IMG/VR virus record: IMGVR_UViG_3300042564_002819
Span: 62,001-126,000 of that record
Strand: one strand, 5' to 3'
Length of the DNA stretch: 64,000 bases
Positions 56,734 through 64,000 of this stretch are shown in pieces (the first letter of the stretch is position 1; every line of letters starts with the position of its first letter). A model generated the notes under the pieces. That model had not been told where the DNA came from and did not search any database. It was given only the letters and a program-made list of their open reading frames with translations. The position numbers and the translations under genes are program-made.

Positions 56734-57879
56734 TTATTTGCGAACAGCATCCGACGGTGAAATAAACCTCCTTGACGTTGTTGTGACTGTTTGCACCTTA
56801 GGTGCTGTAACAGAGGATGCCGATGCGGTTGTTTGAGCCGGTGCTGTATAATTAGACAACCTCGGGCCACCTGGAGTTTCTACGACTTTATATTGTTGAG
56901 TAACTGTTACCAGACCTTTAGGTGTGTCGATTGTTTTTACACCTGTTACTATGTCGCCAACTTGAGCAACTCTATTTGCTACTGCATCATTGAGCTGTTC
57001 TTCAGTTAAGGGTTGTCCGCCAATGTCGGCAACCGGGGGTCTTCCGTTGTTTGATAACGTTCCACTATTTGCAACTGGATTTACTCCATTAATTAATAAG
57101 TCTCTTACTTTTTCACCTGTTCTAAAATCATATCTGTTATCCAGTGCATTTATAAGTTTGTAAGCATAGGGATCGCCAACTGGCGGCAATGACGAATTAG
57201 GTAATGGCTGAAATCCTGCTGATCCGCCAAAAACACGCTGGCCGCCGCCTGCTGCAATTTCTGCTTGAGTTTTTAGAGATGTACCAGTTGGTTGATAAGG
57301 TGCACTTCCATTTTCAATATCAACCGTTGAAAGATTTCCTGGGCCTCCATTTCTAATATCTGCAAGATTGTATGAAAAAACATCGGCATTATGTCCCGAC
57401 GAATTAAGTCCGTCTCCTGAATAATAGCTTTGTCCTTTTCTAACAAACCCATTTGGTCCTTGCGTATCATAAGGTACCGGAACAGATGCAAATTCTCTAG
57501 CTAATTCTAACTGAAAATCTAAATCTGATAAAGATCCAGACTTCCATTGATCGAGCTTTCTTAGATCTTTTAATCTTAAAATAATTAGATAATCTTGAAC
57601 GTCGGGACTAAATCTTATTGTGCCCGGTAGTCCAGAAAGAGTAACAACTTCTCTTAGTGTGCCTCTAATAAATTGATATCTTCCTATTGCCGATGATTTA
57701 AATCCTGCTCTAATTCTATCCGTTTGATATTGATCGATTTGTGCAAGTGTATATTCAGGAATCATTGGATCAGCAGTGCTTGGCCAAAGTGACGAATAAG
57801 GATCTGCTCCCCGAACTGCTTCTCCTTTAGCAACAAGGTCTAATAATTTTCTTTCTTGATCGGAAATCTGTATTGCCAT
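56734..57879 (-). CDS. Baseplate-associated lysozyme-like muramidase/lytic transglycosylase with low-complexity C-terminus
   Basis: LLDLVAKGE (catalytic Glu-like), SSAIGRYQFI..TL, FSPDVQD, LAREFASVP. Confidence 0.75.
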   Translation of the reverse strand: MAIQISDQERKLLDLVAKGEAVRGADPYSSLWPSTADPMIPEYTLAQIDQYQTDRIRAGFKSSAIGRYQFIRGTLREVVTLSGLPGTIRFSPDVQDYLIILRLKDLRKLDQWKSGSLSDLDFQLELAREFASVPVPYDTQGPNGFVRKGQSYYSGDGLNSSGHNADVFSYNLADIRNGGPGNLSTVDIENGSAPYQPTGTSLKTQAEIAAGGGQRVFGGSAGFQPLPNSSLPPVGDPYAYKLINALDNRYDFRTGEKVRDLLINGVNPVANSGTLSNNGRPPVADIGGQPLTEEQLNDAVANRVAQVGDIVTGVKTIDTPKGLVTVTQQYKVVETPGGPRLSNYTAPAQTTASASSVTAPKVQTVTTTSRRFISPSDAVRK

Positions 57880-57888
57880 GTTAAATCC

Positions 57889-60387
57889 TTACTGTGGTCC
57901 ACTAGATGGTTGTTCTTTAGATATATAATCAGAGTTTTTAGGAGCCATAGGAATTATACCGTTTGCAGGAATATCTATAGTCCCGCCTTCGGCTCTAGCA
58001 ACACTAAAATGCATTGCATCATCGATGTTTGGCCAATTGCCTCCCCAACCAAGACCCCATTTTGCAATTAATTGTCTAACTATAGCAACTGGCATATCTG
58101 TTCTTGGCGCATCTGGCGGGCGTGGTGAAAAATACCCGTTAGGATATCCATTTATTATAGGTGTCGGTTTGTTAATATCAAGAGCTGCACCCGATGCATG
58201 ATACGAGAACCCTGTTCCGCCTGTTACACTTCTGTAAGCATATCCGTCTAGTCGTTTTATTACATAACCAGTTGCTTCTAGGTCATCAATAAATCCTTGG
58301 AAAGTATCTTTAAACACCTCTGCAACTTGTGCAGTTAATCCTCTTTTTGACCTAATAGTTGCAAGAGGACCTTGCCCTTCTGCTGGTATAGCTACTGAAC
58401 CGCCAGCGGTTCTAGGATATTCAAGATCTCCGGAATTGCCAAGGCCGACACCTCCACTACCAGGAACCGTCACACTGGATTTTCTTCCAGTTACACTCTT
58501 TTGGAAAGTATCAGGTGTTAACACTCGATCATTCGTCGGCAATTCTCCAGGTAATTCTCTATCTGTTTGTTCGGGTTTAAATGCATATGGGTTCATGTTT
58601 TCGTGTTGAGTCCACGGTTCTCTTTGTGGTGCTCTAGTTACAATACTATCATATGGAACTGGAACTGTTGCACCAGGAAAGTTATAAGGCAAAATTACTG
58701 TAGGCAAAGGTTTTCCTGCATATGCACTTGTTGGTGCTGTAGGAGTGTTGCCGCCGATTGGTTTAATAGCCGGAGCAGGCGCTGTTGAGGTACCGCTGTT
58801 TAAATTAATAGATCCGCTGCCGTCAACATCGAACTTACTGGAAAGAACACTAAACGCATCTTTCGCTTCATTGAGAACTGTGTTGCCAATTTGGTGTACT
58901 TTATCTTTTGCCTGTGAATAAATGCTTGCTTGAGATGTAACGTGTACTTCGCCCGACGCTTGTGTAAAATACGAACCTGCAATGTCGTCAACCATGTCAG
59001 CAAAAGATTTTCTAAACCAACTTCCGACCGCAGTTTGATGTACAGATCCTTCTGCTCTTGAATACATGTTTTGATTAGTATTCATGCTTATATCACCACT
59101 AGCTGTTACCTTAAGTTCTCTAGAGGAATTTATATCTATGCTTTCAACAGATCTAACAGATGTATTTCTTCCTGCATACAAACTTAGATCGTATAAAGAT
59201 TCGATGTGTACGCGGCCACTTTCTTTTCCATCCATGATAGGAGCACCGTCACTCCAACGTGCTGCGGCTTTCATATTGATATTTCTACCAGCTTCGAGAT
59301 TTATGTCTCTTTCTGCTGTTATATTTAGATCCTGGTTGGTCATTATACTAATACTGTCATCAGCATGAATATCTATTTTACCGTCTGAAGTTAATTCTAT
59401 CCATGCAGTGCCTCTGCTGTTTGCAATATAAATCAAATCTTCTGAATTGTGCAATAATATTTGATGTCCAGTTCTAGTTCTAATTCTAATACACTCGTTT
59501 TGAGGAATTGTTTCGTCGCCTCCGGGTTCTCCTGCTTCTTTGTTTATATAAAAAGGAGGACCATCAGCAGCATGTGTAGCTCTAATAAACTTATCATCGC
59601 CGTCGTCCATAACAATAGAACTTCCACCTAATCTACTCTTTGGTAAAGAAACTTCGTTGTTTGTTGTACCAGATTTTTTAGTAGGTGATTTTAATCTTTT
59701 ATCTAAAGGTCCCGGAGTGTTTATACCAAACACTGCACTCGGAACTTCACGTCTTGCCGAACTAGTAGTTAAACCTCTAACTTCGTCATACAGTAATCCC
59801 TGAACTTCTAGTATTTCAGTAAAATCTTTATTATAAGGTTTAGTATATTGTGTAGGATCGTTGTTGACTTTGGTTTCTAAAGCCTTGTTATATTCGCCAA
59901 CTGGTAGCTTTTTTCCTTTTAAGTTTTGAGGTGTTGCTGGAGATGTTAACTCAGTTGCTGCTCGACCGTCCGGAACCATAAAATTCATGTACGGCTCAGG
60001 AACACAGGCAAACCAATATCCTAAGTCTCGTCGACCTTCCACAAACATAACTAGTACTTTCGATCCTACATCTGGAGGAACTGCCCAAAAACCGTAACTT
60101 TGCTGAGTATGACGATATGCGTCTACACCTTCTGTATCAGTATATGGGGTTACTCCGTAAAACGGTGTTGCATAACTTACAACTACTGTTTCGTTTTCTG
60201 CTTTTTCACTGCGGAAGTCAGCATCACCAAACATACTTGTTTTTAAGAGCCTTACTTTTAAGGCTCCCATATAATTTCTATCTAAATGTCCAACAACTTC
60301 GGCAATAAATGGGCCAGGATTTCCAGACATTACTGCATCATTCGGAGAACGCGAAGTCTTGTTTGTTACTCTATTATTTACGCTCAT
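57889..60387 (-). CDS. Baseplate central spike (gp5/VgrG-like) with C-terminal M15 Zn peptidase
   Basis: OB-fold-type SYGFWAVPPDVGSKVLV.F..G; RTRTGHQILL; beta-helix repeats; SYHASGAALDIN...WGG.W...DAMHF. Confidence 0.82.
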   Translation of the reverse strand: MSVNNRVTNKTSRSPNDAVMSGNPGPFIAEVVGHLDRNYMGALKVRLLKTSMFGDADFRSEKAENETVVVSYATPFYGVTPYTDTEGVDAYRHTQQSYGFWAVPPDVGSKVLVMFVEGRRDLGYWFACVPEPYMNFMVPDGRAATELTSPATPQNLKGKKLPVGEYNKALETKVNNDPTQYTKPYNKDFTEILEVQGLLYDEVRGLTTSSARREVPSAVFGINTPGPLDKRLKSPTKKSGTTNNEVSLPKSRLGGSSIVMDDGDDKFIRATHAADGPPFYINKEAGEPGGDETIPQNECIRIRTRTGHQILLHNSEDLIYIANSRGTAWIELTSDGKIDIHADDSISIMTNQDLNITAERDINLEAGRNINMKAAARWSDGAPIMDGKESGRVHIESLYDLSLYAGRNTSVRSVESIDINSSRELKVTASGDISMNTNQNMYSRAEGSVHQTAVGSWFRKSFADMVDDIAGSYFTQASGEVHVTSQASIYSQAKDKVHQIGNTVLNEAKDAFSVLSSKFDVDGSGSINLNSGTSTAPAPAIKPIGGNTPTAPTSAYAGKPLPTVILPYNFPGATVPVPYDSIVTRAPQREPWTQHENMNPYAFKPEQTDRELPGELPTNDRVLTPDTFQKSVTGRKSSVTVPGSGGVGLGNSGDLEYPRTAGGSVAIPAEGQGPLATIRSKRGLTAQVAEVFKDTFQGFIDDLEATGYVIKRLDGYAYRSVTGGTGFSYHASGAALDINKPTPIINGYPNGYFSPRPPDAPRTDMPVAIVRQLIAKWGLGWGGNWPNIDDAMHFSVARAEGGTIDIPANGIIPMAPKNSDYISKEQPSSGPQ

Positions 60388-60396
60388 TGTTATCCT

Positions 60397-62781
60397 TTAA
60401 AATAATTTAAATTTGCCGAGCGAACTTTGAATAGTGTTCGGCAAAGACTTTACAGTACCTGATATTTGATTTATTGAGGTGGAAATTGCACCTATATTTT
60501 CCGAAAAGGATGAAAGTCCTGAAATAACTCCAGGAAAGCCGCCCGTTTTTATTTGATTTATACTATTTTGTAAATTTCGAAAATCTGACTGTATTTGGTT
60601 AAACGGTGCAGCAATACCGTTAATGGTACTTATAAAATTGTTTTGTATTAATTGAAAACTATTAATAAAATTGTTCGCCGATTCTATTGCTTGAAATATA
60701 GAAGTTTCTCCTAACGACTGGAATAATTCTACTTTCATTAAGTCTAAATTAAAACTTTGATATTGTTCGGGCAAGATTTGTAAAAATGGTTGTATTATCT
60801 GACTTACAGATTGTATAGATTGATTTAATGCAAATTCTGCTGCTTCAAGATTAATTGCCGATACAAACGCACTCGTTACCATGTTTGAAGTATCAATTGA
60901 TTCCGATGTTTGATTCGGTCTTCTAAGTAAAGACAACTCTTGTGTAAATTGACCTTTTGAAAAAGTTGATGTTAGAGTAACTACTCTGTATATTCCATTA
61001 AAACCGTTTGCAGGATCTAATGTCATTAAACCTGTATTTTTATTATAATCTATTCCACTTTTAATTTGTAATAAAACATCAACCTCTGACGATATATAAT
61101 CCACTGTGCCATCTTCGTTTAAGTATATAGAATCTGGGCCTGATCTATAATTTCCAGCATCGCTGTCATTTAGATAATAAGGGTCGCCTAGTATTTTTAA
61201 ATTTAAAGACACGTTATCAACACTGCTGTTTAATATCATATCATTAAATGCTCTAGCAATTATATTTTTTCTGTCAAACGACCCTAGACCACCTGCTAAC
61301 ATTATTTCTTTAGCTGTTTTTTCAACTCTTTTGTAGATATTAAAAGCTATCCAGGATACAGACGATTCTAACGGAACTATTTCCGGAGGTAATGTGTTTT
61401 CTCCGATAATGTTTTTCATATAAGCATCTTGTCCTGCTTCTGTATTAAACGAAGGATTATAAAACCCGTTATCAATTGAAAATTCAAAATCAAGTACTTC
61501 GGTATTTTTGCCTGTATACGAATAATAATAAGCTTTAACACAATCTGCAATGTTTGAAGCGTAGTTAAATGGTGTAGTAGATGTACTAAATTTAGAAAAA
61601 TGAACTTTGTAAGGAATTACAATATATTCAATTTCATATGCTGGTCGACTTGATATCGATTCGTCTCCTAAAGTTAAAATTCTAACCTTAGAATCAATTC
61701 TAAACCAGTTTACCATTCCTCTGCCATCTGGTTGTGACAAACTCTGTGTTAAGTTTTTTCCCCATGCACTACTTAAAATAACTTCTTTTATTACTTCTTC
61801 TATTTTTGTTCCTTCATTAAAAGTATAAACTTTTTCACTAGGGTCAATAGTAATCGGTCCTCGTTGTGCTATATTATCAACTACTACATCTTCATCATTT
61901 GCAACGTTGTCTTTTGCAAAATCATTTAAATTTTCAATGATATAAGAATTACCAAGTTCGTTTACATCTGTATTAAATGACGCACCTGTAGGTGTCGATA
62001 TTATTCTTGTAGAATTACCGTTATTAGGAAAACTTATAATATATCGATCTCCAGTTTTTTGATTTTTTTGTGCGGCAGCAGCTAGACCTGGGTCAACAGT
62101 GCCTTCGCCGTATCCTACTGGAATTATTTCTCTTCTGTTAAGTTCGTTTGCCAAACTATTCTCAGCAGAACTTAACATTTCACCAACTGTTGTTCCTTTA
62201 ATAGATGTAGTCTTCTTTAATCTTGATATTTCATCCGTATACGCAAGATGATTGTAAGAAATAGCACTTACGTTATAAATTGTGCCGCCGGCGTCAACTT
62301 TAAAAGTAACATTTGTTAACTTTATAACAAAGCAGCGTCTTGAAACAAATTTTTCAATATTATTTTCTGAATCCCATCCTATAAAATCTAAAGATAACAA
62401 AAATGGTGCTTCGATATAATTTTTATAACCAGCTGCATCTGCTGCAACAAACAAAGACTGAAAAAACAATCCAACGCTGTATGGCTCAGTAACTGTAAAT
62501 TCCATTGTCGTAACTGTAGTAACCCCAGTACCTGGGTTAGGAGAAACCAATGACGAAATCATAACATCGTCAATAAAATACTCTACATTTATTCCTAAGC
62601 TAGATTCTATTGCTGTCTTGGTTGGTTTATCTGGAAGACCCCCTGACCTTATTATAGGCAAATTTCCTCCAGTAGATCTATACAAATCAGGATTGTTAAG
62701 TTCGTCTGGTCTAAGCGGTCCAAAAGTCCACCGATAGTTGTAAGATCTAAACTTACTTAACTCGTTTTTTTGTACAGCCAT
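60397..62781 (-). CDS. Putative baseplate hub protein
   Basis: Position upstream of the spike gene; LKILGDPYYL and GIYRVV...STFSKGQFTQEL.L.R. Confidence 0.6.
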   Translation of the reverse strand: MAVQKNELSKFRSYNYRWTFGPLRPDELNNPDLYRSTGGNLPIIRSGGLPDKPTKTAIESSLGINVEYFIDDVMISSLVSPNPGTGVTTVTTMEFTVTEPYSVGLFFQSLFVAADAAGYKNYIEAPFLLSLDFIGWDSENNIEKFVSRRCFVIKLTNVTFKVDAGGTIYNVSAISYNHLAYTDEISRLKKTTSIKGTTVGEMLSSAENSLANELNRREIIPVGYGEGTVDPGLAAAAQKNQKTGDRYIISFPNNGNSTRIISTPTGASFNTDVNELGNSYIIENLNDFAKDNVANDEDVVVDNIAQRGPITIDPSEKVYTFNEGTKIEEVIKEVILSSAWGKNLTQSLSQPDGRGMVNWFRIDSKVRILTLGDESISSRPAYEIEYIVIPYKVHFSKFSTSTTPFNYASNIADCVKAYYYSYTGKNTEVLDFEFSIDNGFYNPSFNTEAGQDAYMKNIIGENTLPPEIVPLESSVSWIAFNIYKRVEKTAKEIMLAGGLGSFDRKNIIARAFNDMILNSSVDNVSLNLKILGDPYYLNDSDAGNYRSGPDSIYLNEDGTVDYISSEVDVLLQIKSGIDYNKNTGLMTLDPANGFNGIYRVVTLTSTFSKGQFTQELSLLRRPNQTSESIDTSNMVTSAFVSAINLEAAEFALNQSIQSVSQIIQPFLQILPEQYQSFNLDLMKVELFQSLGETSIFQAIESANNFINSFQLIQNNFISTINGIAAPFNQIQSDFRNLQNSINQIKTGGFPGVISGLSSFSENIGAISTSINQISGTVKSLPNTIQSSLGKFKLF

Positions 62782-62782
62782 A

Positions 62783-63085
62783 TTAAATCCCTATAACAGT
62801 AGTAAGTGTTGATTTTTTAGGCAAGTATATTTGAGTTCCTGCAACAAAGTCAAATATAGGATCTTTAATTACTTCGATGTTTCTTACTGAAAATACCCAC
62901 CAAAGTTTAGAACTTCCGTATAAGTCAAATGCTAACAAGTCAGGTCTATATGTGTATTGTGGTTGTATAGAATACACAATGTCATCTGCTTGTGGCGGTA
63001 TTGATCTTTTAACATAAAAATCTAAATAGTTACCAATATTTACTTTTGTATTTGCCCAAGGACTTGATTTTGAATACACCGACAT
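62783..63085 (-). CDS. Baseplate wedge protein, gp53/LysM-like
   Basis: YRPDLLAFDLYGSSKLWWVF..RN...KDPIFDF.AG..I.LP. Confidence 0.8.
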   Translation of the reverse strand: MSVYSKSSPWANTKVNIGNYLDFYVKRSIPPQADDIVYSIQPQYTYRPDLLAFDLYGSSKLWWVFSVRNIEVIKDPIFDFVAGTQIYLPKKSTLTTVIGI

Positions 63086-64000
63086 TAAATAAATCCTTTA
63101 TTTGTTGTACTTTGTTGACCTATATAACCACCTTGTGCAAATTCATCAAGGTTAAATTTGCTAACATCGTCTCTGCTGTATATTGGTTGGAGTGTTACGT
63201 TTAGATTACTTAAAACCGGAACATAAGAATAGGACGACGAGTTGTTGTCTGTTGAAAAACCGCCATTTATAGGAACTTTAATATAGTCAACGTCGTTTCT
63301 TAAATCTAATGTAAATAATTTTACGACACACGGTACTTTGTTAAAAATAAAATCTCCGTATCCACTCAAATAAACAATAGGTGGCGGTGCTCCTAGGTTT
63401 GTTGAGCTTCCATAAAACATTTTTGTTATAGATCTTAAAAAATGAACCGATGCAATCCAGTAGCGTCCATCCGATTCGTTCTCAACTGGAAACTCGCCAG
63501 TTATAGTGATATCTTCAACTGCCGAGTTTTGGTATTGTAAGAATGGATAATTTGTATGTGTCGGCGATAATGTATTATAATTTGCCGAGTGTGCAACAGT
63601 AATTTGAGGAGTAGTTGGCCATACCATTGCATTACCCGAAAATTTCAATGGTGCAAACATAGAAGAATTTAAAAATTCAGGAGTATTAGGTAAACTTAAT
63701 CTAACACGCCAATCAGCACCTGATGTTTGTGATGCTGCACTGTATGATCCATACGCTCTAGTTTGTTCTGTATATTCTGCACCGGCGGGCAAATTTCCAA
63801 GTCTGATTTGAGATATATATGTTACAGGATTAGAAATATTTTGTATATTAGATGTAAAATTTCCTTGTCTTACGTTACTAAATGTATTTTGAAAATTATT
63901 TTGTAAATTTTGAAAACTATCAACTACTCCGCCAACGGTGTTAGCAAAAGAACTTATTCTATTTGCTGTAGAACTAATACTTTGTGTAATTTGTGTTAAC
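63085..64000 (-). CDS. Putative tail tube initiator/cap-like protein, 5' end beyond the window
   Basis: The frame of the 63085..63792 ORF stays open to the right edge (LTQITQSISSTANRISSFANTVGG...RLGNLPAG); WPTTPQI...HTNY...GAPPPIV.L.GYG...F..VP.VV. Confidence 0.6.
   Translation of the reverse strand, partial: LTQITQSISSTANRISSFANTVGGVVDSFQNLQNNFQNTFSNVRQGNFTSNIQNISNPVTYISQIRLGNLPAGAEYTEQTRAYGSYSAASQTSGADWRVRLSLPNTPEFLNSSMFAPLKFSGNAMVWPTTPQITVAHSANYNTLSPTHTNYPFLQYQNSAVEDITITGEFPVENESDGRYWIASVHFLRSITKMFYGSSTNLGAPPPIVYLSGYGDFIFNKVPCVVKLFTLDLRNDVDYIKVPINGGFSTDNNSSSYSYVPVLSNLNVTLQPIYSRDDVSKFNLDEFAQGGYIGQQSTTNKGFI

Noticed and set aside
1059-60308. Numerous plus-strand ORFs of 60-190 aa and two short nested minus-strand ORFs (57273..57491, 58800..59003)
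   Set aside because: Nearly all lie antisense to or inside long motif-bearing genes and have no recognisable motifs; they are shadow ORFs. The similar-looking ones at 8675-9884 simply mirror the coding repeat.
1-64000. Stop-codon reassignment, as seen in some jumbo phages
   Set aside because: The standard code gives near-complete coding density, including a 13.8-kb ORF; TAA, TGA and TAG (28884) all end genes at tight junctions.
1-64000. tRNA, rRNA, intron or intein
   Set aside because: Intergenic gaps are 60 bp or less, and no splicing or homing-endonuclease motifs were recognised in the proteins by eye.

Overview
AT-rich, gene-dense fragment of a large T4-superfamily-like (jumbo) myophage genome, with every credible gene on the minus strand and the standard genetic code. 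In transcription order (right to left) there are two modules. (1) A virion module, about 30969-64000: tail-tube-cap-like protein, gp53/LysM-like wedge protein, hub, gp5/VgrG-like spike with an M15 peptidase, a lysozyme-like protein, gp25-like and gp6-like wedge proteins, a 4603-aa wedge/adhesin, three paralogous tail-fibre proteins and two Ser/Thr-rich paralogs. Several of these genes are preceded by T4-like late promoter boxes (TAAATA). (2) An enzyme cluster of at least 31 kb (1-30908, running off the left edge) with sigma70-type promoters. It encodes six Twitch-type radical SAM enzymes, a cobalamin-dependent radical SAM enzyme, eight putative glycosyltransferase genes of three types, a GDP-mannose 3,5-epimerase-like enzyme, an atypical NDP-sugar dehydrogenase, two PLP enzymes, an amidinotransferase, a 2OG-Fe(II) oxygenase, a QueC-like ATPase, a sulfotransferase, a methyltransferase and two SGNH-like proteins. 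The best candidate for a new system is this cluster: a phage-encoded pathway for a heavily tailored glycan using aminoglycoside-like chemistry, most plausibly decorating the virion or fibres, alternatively DNA or the host surface. All functional calls come from motif reading by eye; no searches were run.
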